Notes: generated from the sequence alone by a model not told the origin. A DNA stretch of 64,000 bases from an uncultured Acidobacteriota bacterium (GCA_963733955.1 CAVTEW010000001.1:328005-392004), one strand, 5' to 3'. Counted from the stretch's first letter, positions 1 to 10,356 are shown. Numbers and translations: made by a program.

Positions 1-3000
1 CTTCCAGCCGCCGAGCGTCGCCAAGTCGTTCACGCCGACGGTCATTGGAGCGGGGGGGATCTCCAAGCTGGCGATCGCCCTGTCCAACGGAAACGCCTCC
101 GACGCCACGCTGAACGCCGACTTCGTCGACACGCTGCCGGGACCCGGCCTGGCGATCGCGAACCCGCCCAACCTGACCCTGAGCGCCAATTGCACCGCGG
201 GCAAAGTCGTCGCCGCGGCCGGCGGCACGACGGTGACCTATCAGAGCGGGGGAGTCCTGAAGGGCAACGGCGGCTGCACGATCCAGGTCGACGTCACGTC
301 CGGCACGGTTCGGGTCTACACGAACACGATCGCCGTGGGCGCGGTCCAGACGACGGTGGGAAACAACGTGGTCTCGGCTTCGGCCAACCTGCAGGTGCTG
401 GCGCTGCCGACGGTGGGGAAGGCGTTCTCTCCGATCTCGATTCCCCTCGGATCGAGCTCGACCCTGACCCTGACCCTGGGCAACACGAACGCGTCGGCCC
501 TGACCGTGAACGCGGATTTCGTCGACACGCTGCCGGCCAATCTCGTCCTGGGCACGCCGGCGACCGTCGGCGGCACCTGCGCGGCGGCCAACGTCGTGGC
601 CGCGGCCGGCGGGCCGTCGGTCACGTACAAGAGCGGCGCGACGATCCCGGCGGGAGGCTGCACGATCACCGTCCCGGTCACGTCGGGCCTGGGCGGCACC
701 TACGTGAACACGATTCTCGCGGGCGCGCTCAGCACGACGATCGGCGGCAACCCGGCCGGCGCCTCGGCCACGCTCGACATCCTCGAAGCGGATCTCTCCG
801 TCACGAAGACCGACGGCGTCGCCACGGTCGTTCCGGGAACGGCGACCACCTACACGATCGTCGTGTCCAACGCCGGACCGAGCCCGGTCGCCAACGCGCC
901 GGTCTCCGATCCGCTTCCGGCGGGCATCGGCTCGATGACCTGGACCTGCGCCGCCTCCGCGGGCTCCTCCTGCGGAGCCGCGAGCGGCAGCGGATCGATC
1001 GCCTCGACGGTCTCGCTCCTGCCCGGCGGATCGGCGACCTACGTCGTGCTCGCCAACGTCCTGCCGGCGGCGCTCGGAACGGTCGCGAACACGGCGACGG
1101 TCGCCGCGCCGGCGGGCGTTCCCGATCCCAATCCGGCCAACAACTCGGCCACCGACACGGACAATCTGACTCCGCAGGCGGATCTGCAGGTCGTCAAGGC
1201 CGGTCCGGCCGCCGTCGTGCCGGGTCAGAACATCTCTTACACGATCACGGCCACCAACGCCGGCCCGTCGACCGCGACCACCGTGAGCCTGACCGACCTC
1301 CTTGCGCCGGGCACGACCTTCGTCTCGCTCGCCACGCCGGGAGGCTGGGCCTGTTTGACGCCTCCGGTCGGCGGGACGGGCTCGGTGTCCTGCTCCACCG
1401 CGTCCTTCGCGCCGCCGAGCCCGGCCTCGTTCACTCTCGTGGTCAACCTGGCGTCGTCGGTCTCCGCGGGCACCTCCGTCTCCAACACCGCGACGATCAC
1501 GTCGGCGACGCCCGATCCGAACCCGGGCGACAATGCGAGCACCACGACGGGCACCGCCGCGCCGTCGGCCGACCTCGCGATCGTCAAGACCGGCCCGGCC
1601 ACCGCGGTACCGGGCGGACCCAACCTCGTCTTCACCACGGTCGTGACGAACAACGGTCCCTCCGACGCCCAGGGGGTCTCCGTCGCCGATCCGACTCCGG
1701 CCAACCTCGTCTTCGTCTCCAACGCCGGCGACTGCACCAGCGCGTTCCCGTGCGTCCTGGGCGCCCTGCCCGCCGGCGCCACGCGCAACATCACGACCAC
1801 GTTCCAGATCCCCTCGGCCTATCCCGCGGGAACGCCGATCGACAACACGGCCACGGTGTCCTCCACGACTCCGGATCCGGTCCCGGGCAACAACGCCTCG
1901 ACCGCGACGGTCCTCGTGCCGACCGGCGTGGCCGACGTCGCCGTCGCCAAGACCGTCGACAATCCCGCTCCCACCGTCGGCTCCAACGTCACGTTCACGG
2001 TGACGGCGTCGGATCTGGGCCCCAGCGACGCGACCGGCGTCGAGGTGACCGACGTGCTCCCGTCGGGACTGACGTTTGTCTCGGCGGCGCCTTCGCAGGG
2101 GTCCTTCGCGCCGGCGACGGGCGTGTGGACCGTGGGCGGGATCGCCGCGGGATCGTCGCAGACGATTCTGATCACGGCCACGGTCACCCAGCCGGGCGTC
2201 ATCGTCAACACCGCCACCAAGACGGCCGGGAACGAGACCGATCCCGACTCGTCCAACAACTCCGGCTCCGCGGTCGTCAGCGGGCCTCCGGCCGTCGCCG
2301 ACATCCAGGTCCAGAAGACCGTGGACGTGCCGGCGCCCGCGGTCGGCGCGAACGTGACGTTCACGATCACCGTCCACAACGCGGGACCGTCGCCGGCGAC
2401 CAACGTGCAGGTGACCGATCTTCTGCCGGCCGGGCTGACCTTCGTGTCCGCGCTTCCCTCCGTGGGCTCCTACGACTCGGTCACCGGCATCTGGTCGATC
2501 GGCGCGATGGCCAACGGGTCGACCGTCACTCTCGGAATCACCGCGAACGTGCCGGGGGCGGGAACGTTCGTCAACACGGCTCAGAAGACGGGCGAGACCG
2601 AGCTCGATCCCAACACCGGCAACGATCAGGCCAGCGCGGTCGTCGTGGCCGGCGGCGGAGGCGGCGCGCTCGCCGACCTCTCTATCCAGAAGACCGATTC
2701 GCCCGATCCCGTCTTCGCCGGACAGACCCTGACCTACACGCTGCTCGTGACCAACCACGGCCCCGACGGCGCCACCGCGGTCACGGTGACCGATCCGCTG
2801 CCCGCCGCGGCGACGCTCGCCTCCGCCTCCGCGAGCCAGGGCGGCTGCGGTGGCACGACGACGGTGGTCTGCACGCTCGGCGGCCTGGCCGCGGGCAACA
2901 GCGCGACGGTGTCCCTGGTGGTGACCGTGTCGGCGGCCGGAGCGCCCGCGATCGTCAACACGGCGACCGTCGCCGCGACGGAGACCGATCCCAATCCGAC

Positions 3001-4588
3001 CGACAACACGGCGACCGCGACGACCGGGGTGACGCCCGTCGCGGACGTGGCCGTCTCCAAGACCGTCTCCAATCCGGCGCCGCTGGTCTCCCAGACGTTC
3101 ACGTTCACCGTGACCGTCTCCAACAACGGCCCCTCCACGGCGACCGGCGTGGCGGTGACCGACGTCCTTCCGGCCAACCTCACGTTTGTCGGCGCGGCGC
3201 CGACACTGGGAGCCTACGCGCCCGGCACGGGAATCTGGACCGTGGGCACGCTGGCCAACGGGCAGATCGAAACCCTGGTGATCACGGTCCTGGCCGCGGC
3301 GCCCGGCGCTTTCACCAACACCGCGGTCAAGACGGGCGAGGTCGAGCTCGATCCCAATCCCGCCAACGACTCCGCGAGCGTCGGAGGCGGCGTCGCCGTC
3401 GTGGCCGACCTGACGATCGTCAAGACGCACGCGCCGGCGACCTTCCTGCGCGGCGCGTCGGGAACCTTCACCTTGACCGTCTCCAACGTGGGGACCGGGC
3501 CGACGACCTCTCCGGTGACCGTCACCGACGGCCTGCCCGCCGGGTTGACGGCGACGGCGGCGTCGGGCACGGGCTGGGGCTGCGTCGTGGGCGCGGCGGT
3601 GGTCTGCGCGCGGTCCGACGTTCTGGCGGCGGGCGCCTCCTGGCCGCCGATCTCCGTGACCGCTTCGGTCGCGCAGTCGGCCGCGGCGAACGTGTCCAAC
3701 ACCGCGACGGTGTCGGGAGGCGGGGACATCGACCCCGCCAACGACTCGTCTACCGACGTCGTTCCGGTCGGCTCGCAGGCCGACCTCGCGCTGGTAAAGA
3801 CCGGTCCGGCCAACGCCATCCCCGGAACCAACATCGTGTACACGCTCGTCGTGACCAACAACGGCCCGTCCGACGCGCTGGGCGTCGTGGTCAGCGACCC
3901 GACCCCGCCCAACCTGACGTTCGTGTCCAACGGCGGCGCCTGCGCGACGGCCTTCCCCTGCAGCCTCGGCACGATCGCCTCGGGCGGCTCGGCCACCATC
4001 ACCGCGACGTTCGCCATCCCGGCCGGGTACACCACGCCGAGCCCGATCGTGAACAGCGCCTCGGTGACCGGCGCCACTCCCGATCCGACGCCGGCCAACA
4101 ACGCGTCGAGCGCGTCGACCGCGGTCTCCGCGGACCTGGAAGCGGTGAAGACGTCGAGCACGCCGACGATCCTGCTGGGGATTCCCTTCAGCTATCAGAT
4201 TGTCGTGACCAACCACGGGCCGTCCGACGCGACCGGCGTGACGCTCACCGACCCGCTGCCGGCCCAGGTCACGTTCCAGTCGGCGACGGCGACGCAGGGC
4301 GCGTGCTCGGGAACGACCACCGTGACCTGCGCGCTGGGAACGCTCGCCAACGGAGCGTCCGCCACCGTGGTGATCACCGTGGTGCCTCCGACGACCGCCG
4401 CTCCCGGCCCGGTCGCCAACACGGCCATGGTCGCGGCCAACGAGTCCGATCCGGACCCGACCAACAACTCCAGCACCGCCACCGCCGTGCTCGGAAGCCC
4501 GGCCATCCCGACGCTTTCGCAGTGGGCGCTGGCCGGCCTCGCGCTCGCGCTGGCCGCGGCGGGCGTCTGGGCTTCGAGAAGGCCGTAG
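1..4588 (+). CDS. Giant repetitive surface protein made of DUF11-type repeats with a C-terminal IPTL-CTERM sorting signal. 5'-partial: the reading frame is open from window position 2.
   Basis: Frame-2 translation runs from nt 2 and is built of ~120-aa repeats (ADLxxxKT...VTNxGPSxA...DPxPxNN). It ends in IPTLSQWALAGLALALAAAGVWASRRP, i.e. IPTL motif plus hydrophobic helix plus basic tail. Stop at 4586-4588. Confidence 0.8.
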   Translation, partial: FQPPSVAKSFTPTVIGAGGISKLAIALSNGNASDATLNADFVDTLPGPGLAIANPPNLTLSANCTAGKVVAAAGGTTVTYQSGGVLKGNGGCTIQVDVTSGTVRVYTNTIAVGAVQTTVGNNVVSASANLQVLALPTVGKAFSPISIPLGSSSTLTLTLGNTNASALTVNADFVDTLPANLVLGTPATVGGTCAAANVVAAAGGPSVTYKSGATIPAGGCTITVPVTSGLGGTYVNTILAGALSTTIGGNPAGASATLDILEADLSVTKTDGVATVVPGTATTYTIVVSNAGPSPVANAPVSDPLPAGIGSMTWTCAASAGSSCGAASGSGSIASTVSLLPGGSATYVVLANVLPAALGTVANTATVAAPAGVPDPNPANNSATDTDNLTPQADLQVVKAGPAAVVPGQNISYTITATNAGPSTATTVSLTDLLAPGTTFVSLATPGGWACLTPPVGGTGSVSCSTASFAPPSPASFTLVVNLASSVSAGTSVSNTATITSATPDPNPGDNASTTTGTAAPSADLAIVKTGPATAVPGGPNLVFTTVVTNNGPSDAQGVSVADPTPANLVFVSNAGDCTSAFPCVLGALPAGATRNITTTFQIPSAYPAGTPIDNTATVSSTTPDPVPGNNASTATVLVPTGVADVAVAKTVDNPAPTVGSNVTFTVTASDLGPSDATGVEVTDVLPSGLTFVSAAPSQGSFAPATGVWTVGGIAAGSSQTILITATVTQPGVIVNTATKTAGNETDPDSSNNSGSAVVSGPPAVADIQVQKTVDVPAPAVGANVTFTITVHNAGPSPATNVQVTDLLPAGLTFVSALPSVGSYDSVTGIWSIGAMANGSTVTLGITANVPGAGTFVNTAQKTGETELDPNTGNDQASAVVVAGGGGGALADLSIQKTDSPDPVFAGQTLTYTLLVTNHGPDGATAVTVTDPLPAAATLASASASQGGCGGTTTVVCTLGGLAAGNSATVSLVVTVSAAGAPAIVNTATVAATETDPNPTDNTATATTGVTPVADVAVSKTVSNPAPLVSQTFTFTVTVSNNGPSTATGVAVTDVLPANLTFVGAAPTLGAYAPGTGIWTVGTLANGQIETLVITVLAAAPGAFTNTAVKTGEVELDPNPANDSASVGGGVAVVADLTIVKTHAPATFLRGASGTFTLTVSNVGTGPTTSPVTVTDGLPAGLTATAASGTGWGCVVGAAVVCARSDVLAAGASWPPISVTASVAQSAAANVSNTATVSGGGDIDPANDSSTDVVPVGSQADLALVKTGPANAIPGTNIVYTLVVTNNGPSDALGVVVSDPTPPNLTFVSNGGACATAFPCSLGTIASGGSATITATFAIPAGYTTPSPIVNSASVTGATPDPTPANNASSASTAVSADLEAVKTSSTPTILLGIPFSYQIVVTNHGPSDATGVTLTDPLPAQVTFQSATATQGACSGTTTVTCALGTLANGASATVVITVVPPTTAAPGPVANTAMVAANESDPDPTNNSSTATAVLGSPAIPTLSQWALAGLALALAAAGVWASRRP

Positions 4589-4768
4589 GCCGTCCGCCGT
4601 CCGCCGTTCTTCGCCCGGGCGTGTCAGCGGAGGCCGGCTCCGGTGACGACATTTGACGGTGCCTGGATTTTCGGCGAGGGCCAAGCCCCGGCTCACCAGA
4701 AGTTTGTGCGCGGCGGCCGGCCTGGCTCTCTCCTTGCAAAAAAAAAGGGCAGCGATCCGAGAAACGAA

Positions 4769-5131
4769 ATGTCTCGCCCTACACAGACCACCGAGGCCGT
4801 CTTCACGTTCACGGCCTACGACGTCTCCGTCGACCGGGACTCCGTCGCATCCTGGGATCTCGGCCGCGACGGAACCGGTTTCGCGGTGCAGCTGTCCGGG
4901 CCGCTCGACGAGCGCTGGATGCGCTGCTACACGCTGGCGCGCGTCCACACCCCGGGTTGCGGCCGGTTCCATGTGGATCCGGAAAAGAAGATCGTGTGGT
5001 TCGCCTGCCGGTCCGATGACAACGCCGGAAAGATCCAGCCGGTCCTCGACGTGCTGGCCCGGCTGGTGGCGGCGGCCAACGAGGCCGCGGAATCCGAAGC
5101 CTGGGAGCAGTGGGGGGAAGCGAAGGTCTGA
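4769..5131 (+). CDS. Hypothetical protein of about 120 aa.
   Basis: ATG at 4769 follows an A-rich tract. Clean ORF (MSRPTQTTEAVFTFTAYDVS...) with no recognisable domain. Confidence 0.45.
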   Translation: MSRPTQTTEAVFTFTAYDVSVDRDSVASWDLGRDGTGFAVQLSGPLDERWMRCYTLARVHTPGCGRFHVDPEKKIVWFACRSDDNAGKIQPVLDVLARLVAAANEAAESEAWEQWGEAKV

Positions 5132-5216
5132 CGCGGCGGCCGGATATAGCACAAATGCTATATCTCTCCGGCTTCGAGCGGGATAGTCTCGCGTTCGTGG
5201 CGAGGATCTCCCCGGC

Positions 5217-5732
5217 GTGAGCGCGGCCGAAGGCATCGAGCAGTCCGTCCGGGCCGCTCTGGACGCGCTCGGGGCCCGTTACGAGGTTCTTCCCTGCGAC
5301 CCCGCTCTGGCCGACACCGCCGCGTTCTGCGCGCACTACGGGATCGCTCCGGCGATCTCGGCGAACACGATCCTGATCGCCTCGCGCAAGGACCCGAAGC
5401 GGTACGCGGTCTGTCTGGCCCTGGCCACCACGAAGCTCGACGTCAATCACAAGGTCGCCGAGCTCCTGGGGATCAAGAAGCTCTCCTTCGCGTCCGGAGA
5501 CGAAACCGTGGCTCTCACCGGGATGATGATCGGAGGCGTCACTCCGTTCGGATTGGCGCCGGATCTACCGATCTACGTGGACGGCCGGATCCTGTCTCTC
5601 GACGGCGTCGTCGTCGGCGGCGGGAGCCGCTCCTGCAAGCTCAAGATCGCGCCGGACGTCTTTGCCCGGATGCCCGGCGTGCAGGTGGTCGAGGGGTTGG
5701 CGGTGGATCGGGAGGGGGCGTCCTCGTCCTGA
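5217..5732 (+). CDS. YbaK/ProX-type aminoacyl-tRNA deacylase domain protein.
   Basis: GTG start at 5217. Translation has the YbaK-like motifs (KNLLLxxKK-like region, GGVTPFGL, cis-editing domain fold). Confidence 0.6.
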   Translation: MSAAEGIEQSVRAALDALGARYEVLPCDPALADTAAFCAHYGIAPAISANTILIASRKDPKRYAVCLALATTKLDVNHKVAELLGIKKLSFASGDETVALTGMMIGGVTPFGLAPDLPIYVDGRILSLDGVVVGGGSRSCKLKIAPDVFARMPGVQVVEGLAVDREGASSS

Positions 5733-5766
5733 GTTCTAAGTTCTAAGTTCTGAGTTTCAGGTTCTG
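5733..5766. repeat. Heptanucleotide tandem repeat, (AGTTCTR)n, about 4.5 units, between convergent genes.
   Basis: Sequence read directly: gagttctaagttctaagttctgagtttcaggttctgagttcc. Confidence 0.7.
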
Positions 5767-5777
5767 AGTTCCCGCCC

Positions 5778-6194
5778 TCAACGCAGCTTGTGCAGCAGGA
5801 CGTGCTGGGTTTTCTGCTGCTGGTAGCCGCGTCGTTCGTAGAATCGATGCGCGGCGTCCCGTTCCACCCGGGAGCGAACGCGCACGGAGCGAAACCCCCG
5901 CCGCAGGCACCAGGCCTCGGCGGCCACCACGAGCTCGCCGCCGAGCCCCTGTCCGCGATGGTCCTTGCTCACCACCAGGCCCTTGATCTCGGCCACGCCG
6001 TCGTGGGTCAGGGAGAAGTCGCCCCCGATGTGAATCCACCCGGCGACCGCGCCGTCCTCGAGCTCCGCCACGAGAAGGGCCTCGTCTCCCGACCGCCGCA
6101 CATGGCTGAAGCGGGGCTCGATCTCGGGGAGAGTCGCGGGATAGCCCAACTGCGTGGCGAGGTCGGCCACCGCCGGCAGGTCGTTGGGCGTCAT
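5778..6194 (-). CDS. GNAT family N-acetyltransferase.
   Basis: MTPNDLPAVADL...GLVVSKDHRGQGLGGELVVAAEAWCLRRGF...RFYERRGY shows the acetyl-CoA-binding motif (Q/RxxGxG/A). The ORF in the track extends further upstream with non-protein-like sequence, so the internal ATG at 6194 was chosen. Confidence 0.7.
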   Translation of the reverse strand: MTPNDLPAVADLATQLGYPATLPEIEPRFSHVRRSGDEALLVAELEDGAVAGWIHIGGDFSLTHDGVAEIKGLVVSKDHRGQGLGGELVVAAEAWCLRRGFRSVRVRSRVERDAAHRFYERRGYQQQKTQHVLLHKLR

Positions 6195-6306
6195 GTCGCG
6201 GATGCGCACGGAATGACCATTATGAGCCCGACCGGAGCGCCCGTCGCGACACCGGGAAAGGACACCGGGCCGTTGCGGCCGCTTTTCGGGATATCTTGCG
6301 CCTTCG

Positions 6307-6834
6307 ATGCGCCCGGACGTGCCGGCCCTGGGTCTGCTCTCCGCCATGATCACGCCGGCGGTGCTGATTTCCGCCTGCGGAGCGCTGATCTTCTCCACCT
6401 CCGCGCGCCTGGCCCGCGTCGTCGACCGGGCGCGCAAGCTGGCCCAGCTGGTGGAGGACCTCGCCGCGGGCCGCGTGGCGGACTTCACGGCCGAACGGCG
6501 GCGTGAAGTCGACAGTCAGCTGGAAGTCCAGTCCCGCCGCGTCCTTCTGATCCAGGGGTCGCTGGCCAGCCTCTACGTCTCCCTCTCGACGTTCGTGGCC
6601 ACCACGATCGCGATCGGATTCTCCTTCTTCGCCTCGTTCGCGGGCTGGATTCCGTTCGTGCTGGGCCTGGTCGGCACCTTCGTCCTCTTCTACGGCTGCA
6701 TCCTTCTCATCCGGGAGGCGCGGCTGGCCATCCAGGCTGTCAAGTCGGAGCTCGCCTTCGCGCAGGTCCTGCGCGAGCTCTACGAAGCCCGCAACGCCGC
6801 CAACCGTCCCATCGGCTTCGACGCAAGCCGATAG
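6307..6834 (+). CDS. DUF2721-family membrane protein.
   Basis: MITPAVLISACGALIFSTSARLARVVDRAR motif and two C-terminal transmembrane segments, typical of DUF2721. Confidence 0.6.
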   Translation: MRPDVPALGLLSAMITPAVLISACGALIFSTSARLARVVDRARKLAQLVEDLAAGRVADFTAERRREVDSQLEVQSRRVLLIQGSLASLYVSLSTFVATTIAIGFSFFASFAGWIPFVLGLVGTFVLFYGCILLIREARLAIQAVKSELAFAQVLRELYEARNAANRPIGFDASR

Positions 6835-6860
6835 AATCGCGGCCGAAGGAACCAACCAGA

Positions 6861-8060
6861 GTGCCGCTCGAAGTCGTCGCCCCCCGCATCCGGGGCTTCC
6901 TCTGCACCAACGCGCATCCCGCCGGATGCGCCGCGGCGGTCGCCCATCAGGTGCGGGCCGCGCAGAAGTCCGGGGGCTCCGCGGCTCCCGCAGGCCGGGC
7001 GCTGGTGATCGGCGCCTCCACCGGCTACGGTCTGGCTTCCTGGATCACCGCCACGTTCGGCTATGGGATGGACACGGTCGGCGCGTTCTTCGAGCGCCCG
7101 CCCTCGGAGAAGAAGACCGCCTCGGCCGGGTTCTACAACGCCTCCGCCGTCGGCCAGTTGGCGTCGCAAGCCGGGCGCCGGGTCGCCGCGGTCAACGGGG
7201 ACGCCTTTTCCAACGACGTCAAGCGCCAGGTGATCGAGCGCCTGCGCCGCGGCTTCGGCCCGCTCGACCTGGTCGTCTACAGCCTGGCCTCGCCGGTGCG
7301 CGTGCATCCCGACGACGGGCGGACGATTCGCTCGAGCCTGAAGCCGGTCGGGAATCCGTACACGACCAAGAGCATCGACCTCGACCGCGGCCGGGTCATC
7401 GACATGCGGCTCGAGCCGGCGGACGAGCAGGAGATCGCCGACACCGTCGCGGTGATGGGCGGCGACGATCTCGAGCGGTGGATCGGCGCGCTGGAAGAGG
7501 CTTCGCTCCTGGCGCCCGGCGCGCGCGTGCTCGCGTATTCCTACATCGGCCCCAAGCTGACCTGGCCGATCTACCGCACCGGAACCATCGGCCTGGCCAA
7601 GGCCGACCTGGAGAAAACGGTCCGTAATCTCGACCGCCGCCTCGCCGCCTCGGTCCAGGGACGCGCCTGGGTCTCGGTCAACGCGGCCGTCGTGACGCAG
7701 GCGTCGTCGGCCATTCCCGGCGTTCCGCTGTATCTGGCCCTGGCGGGAAAGGTGCTGGGCGAGAAAGGGCTCCTCGAATATCCCATCGATCAGATCCTCC
7801 GCCTCTTCGCGAAGCACGCCGGGCCCGGCCGCTCGCCCGCTTTCGACGAGGAGGGGCGCATCCGCCTCGACGACCGGGAGATGCGCGACGAGGTGCAGAG
7901 CGTGATCTCGGAGCGTTGGCGCGCGGTCACCACGGAGACGCTGCCGGTCCTGGCCGACTTCGGCGGCTTCCAGCGCGATTTCCGGCGGCTGTTCGGCTTC
8001 GAGATCGACGGCGTCGACTACGCGCAGCCGGTCGAGATCGACGCGGCCCTTCCCGAGTAG
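6861..8060 (+). CDS. fabV: trans-2-enoyl-CoA/ACP reductase (NADH), FabV type.
   Basis: GTG start. Translation reads ...PRIRGFLCTNAHPAGC...ALVIGASTGYGLASWIT...YSYIGPKLTWPIYRTGTIGLAKADLE, matching the TER/FabV hallmark regions over the full ~400-aa length. Confidence 0.85.
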   Translation: MPLEVVAPRIRGFLCTNAHPAGCAAAVAHQVRAAQKSGGSAAPAGRALVIGASTGYGLASWITATFGYGMDTVGAFFERPPSEKKTASAGFYNASAVGQLASQAGRRVAAVNGDAFSNDVKRQVIERLRRGFGPLDLVVYSLASPVRVHPDDGRTIRSSLKPVGNPYTTKSIDLDRGRVIDMRLEPADEQEIADTVAVMGGDDLERWIGALEEASLLAPGARVLAYSYIGPKLTWPIYRTGTIGLAKADLEKTVRNLDRRLAASVQGRAWVSVNAAVVTQASSAIPGVPLYLALAGKVLGEKGLLEYPIDQILRLFAKHAGPGRSPAFDEEGRIRLDDREMRDEVQSVISERWRAVTTETLPVLADFGGFQRDFRRLFGFEIDGVDYAQPVEIDAALPE

Positions 8061-8234
8061 TCGCGGCTCGACTGCCTGCGCCGGGGGTCAGGCGGTCGCC
8101 GAACGGGGACAATCGCGGAGAACGTCCTCGCCCGATGTCGCCTGGAAGCGCCCGCGGCACTGAGGGTTAGACGTGGCCCGGGGAACCGGGGCTCCGGCAT
8201 GGCCGTTGCGAATCAAGGTCGTGGAGGATGGACC

Positions 8235-8606
8235 ATGACCAAGAATGCGAAATCGCTGATCGTCGGTGCGGCTCTGGCGCTGGAGCTTTCCCTGATGCCG
8301 GCTGGAGCGTCGGCGCAGACCCGGGGGCGCGGCGTGCATCGCGGCCCGAGAGTCTCCGTCTCCGGCCGTTTCGGCGGGCGCTTCCGGGGAGGTCCGGCGC
8401 GCGGACACGGCCGCGTCTTCGTCGGGCCGACGCGATTTTCTCACCGGGCCTTCTTCGCCGGCCCGCGCTTGCGTCACCGCTTCGTCGGCGGCGGGTTCCG
8501 GCCTTTCCGGACCGTGCGCGTCTTCGTGTACGACCCGTTTCCGCACTGGATCTATCGGCGGGTCTATGACGGCTATGACCCCTACGATCCGTTTTGCCCG
8601 TACTAG
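8235..8606 (+). CDS. Small secreted Gly/Arg-rich protein with a signal peptide.
   Basis: GGAGGA RBS 6 nt before ATG 8235. N-terminus MTKNAKSLIVGAALALELSLMPAGASAQT is a signal peptide, followed by low-complexity G/R/F-rich sequence. Confidence 0.5.
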   Translation: MTKNAKSLIVGAALALELSLMPAGASAQTRGRGVHRGPRVSVSGRFGGRFRGGPARGHGRVFVGPTRFSHRAFFAGPRLRHRFVGGGFRPFRTVRVFVYDPFPHWIYRRVYDGYDPYDPFCPY

Positions 8607-8821
8607 ACCCTCGCCTACGCTACGGTTCGCGAACGAGAGCGCGGGCGGGGACGCACCGAGCGCTCGTAGAGCGCGACAAGCGGCGGGTCCGCCCGCCGCT
8701 AACCCCCGCCCCTACGCAACCGTTGGCATTCGTGCCGTAGGGGCGGCCCTTGTGGCCGCCCGCGCTCCGGTTTCGACGCTGCGGTATCGCGCCGGCGGTC
8801 GAGACCGCAAGCCGTCCGTCC

Positions 8822-9475
8822 TCACTTCCTCAGCAGCTTGAAGGCGTGGCTCCAGGTCCCCGTGCGGATGCCGTAGAGCACCCAGAGGATGCACATCGGC
8901 TCGAGCAGACGCGCGCCCTCGATGCCTCCGATGTCGATCGAGGGCCACCCGAACGACGTGAGGATCTCGGCCACGGTCTTCCTGGCCGCGGCGTCGTTGC
9001 CGCAGAAGAGCATGTCCGGCGGCCCGCCGGGAAATTGCGGGCGGAACATGAACGCGTTGCCCACGATGTTGAAAGCCTTCACGACGCGCGCCCCGGGAAG
9101 CCAGCGCTGCACCTGCTCGCCGCCGGAGTCGACGTGGCCCAGCGCCAGGGAGGGCGGGGCCCCTTCCTTGTAGACGAGGGGATTGGTCGCGTCGATGACG
9201 ATCTTGCCCGCGAGATTTTCGGGGCCGGCCAGCCGCAGCGCGTTCTCCGTTCCGCTCCAGAGCGTCGCCAGCACGGCCACGTCGGCGAACCGCGCGGCGT
9301 CGGCGAAGGTCCCCCCGGACGCCTTCGCGCCCGCGCCGGCGACCCAGGCGGCGACTTTCTCGTTCCTGGCGTCGCGCGCGCCCATCTTGACCTCGTGCCC
9401 GAGCGCCGCGAACGCCGAGCCCAGCGCCTTTCCCACGTCTCCCGATCCGAGAATGCCGATCTTCATCTTGTCCAT
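8822..9475 (-). CDS. NADP oxidoreductase, F420-dependent-type (NpdG/ProC-like Rossmann protein).
   Basis: MKIGILGSGDVGKALG dinucleotide-binding motif at the N-terminus. Length ~217 aa, typical of the NADP_oxidored_F420 family. Confidence 0.65.
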   Translation of the reverse strand: MDKMKIGILGSGDVGKALGSAFAALGHEVKMGARDARNEKVAAWVAGAGAKASGGTFADAARFADVAVLATLWSGTENALRLAGPENLAGKIVIDATNPLVYKEGAPPSLALGHVDSGGEQVQRWLPGARVVKAFNIVGNAFMFRPQFPGGPPDMLFCGNDAAARKTVAEILTSFGWPSIDIGGIEGARLLEPMCILWVLYGIRTGTWSHAFKLLRK

Positions 9476-9816
9476 GGCCGGAGTCTAACCCGATGCATCC
9501 GGAGCCGATCGACGCTCAGCGTGTGAGAGACTCCCTCCGAAACACTTGCCGAGGTGAGGGTGGAGATCCGCGACGTCGGGGCCTTTCTCTCCTACTGGGA
9601 GCGTGTGCGCGAGCGGACCAACCGCGTCGCCGGGCGCAGCGCCGATGGCGGCCTGGAAGTGGCTCCGCGCGGTTGGTGGAGCACGAGGCGCATCCTCGGG
9701 GACAGATCGACGTCTCTCTGGGGATGCTCGGAGTTTCCACGCCCCCGCTCTATGGCCTGACCGAGCAAGGAGTGCGCGCGCGAAGCGCGGCCCGTTCCTG
9801 AACGGAGGAGGACGAC

Positions 9817-10356
9817 ATGCGACGACTGTGGCCCCTCATCTGGATCGTGGGCTTCGCGGCCTGCTCGGCCGGCTCCATTCAGCCGATCGAGATCGATCTG
9901 TCCAAGCACACCCCGACGCCGGCGCCTCCCGCGCCGACGGCCACGCCCGCGCCGGCTCCGACCGCGCCGCCGCCGCCTCCTCCTCCCGCCGCAGCCCCGG
10001 AATCGGCGCCGGTGTCCGGCTCCGCGGGGAGCCCGGCGGACGTCGTGCGCGCGCAGGGCGAGGCGTACAACCGCCACGATCTCGAAGGCGTGCTCGAGCG
10101 TTTCGCGCCCGACGCCGTCCTCTACGACTTTCCGGATCGTGTGACCGCCTCCGGGATCGACCAGATCCGCTCCCGCTTCGCGGCTCGTTTCGCCGCAGCG
10201 CCGGACGTGCGGTTGACGCTGCAGGAGGAGATGGTCCAGGGCAACTTCGTGATCGACCGGGTCGCGGTAGCCGGATTCGCCGGCGCTCCCCCGACGCTCG
10301 TCGTGATCTCGGAGGTCCGCGATGGCAAAGTGCGCCGCGCGTGGCTCCTGCGCTGA
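9817..10356 (+). CDS. Lipoprotein with a Pro-rich linker and an NTF2/SnoaL-like domain.
   Basis: Signal peptide with lipobox (VGFAAC), then a PAPT-rich linker, then SnoaL-like C-terminal part (AYNRHDLEGVLERFAPDAVLYDFP...). Confidence 0.55.
   Translation: MRRLWPLIWIVGFAACSAGSIQPIEIDLSKHTPTPAPPAPTATPAPAPTAPPPPPPPAAAPESAPVSGSAGSPADVVRAQGEAYNRHDLEGVLERFAPDAVLYDFPDRVTASGIDQIRSRFAARFAAAPDVRLTLQEEMVQGNFVIDRVAVAGFAGAPPTLVVISEVRDGKVRRAWLLR

Noticed and set aside
190-4656. 1488-aa ORF in frame 1 overlapping the DUF11 gene; similar very long Arg/Gly/Pro-rich ORFs elsewhere (e.g. 9836..11068, 13300..13986, 16116..17777, 20943..22187, 29342..30445, 43814..45649).
   Set aside because: Translations are low-complexity R/G/P/A-rich strings typical of off-frame or antisense reading of high-GC coding DNA. 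In each case the alternative frame or strand gives a domain-bearing protein.
8610-8820. GC-rich inverted repeats between convergent genes; also scanned all intergenic regions for tRNA (including tRNA-Sec) T-loop/anticodon-arm signatures.
   Set aside because: Only generic terminator-like stems (e.g. CCTACG...CGTAGG). No GGTTCGAATCC-type T-arm or cloverleaf was found, so no RNA gene is called.
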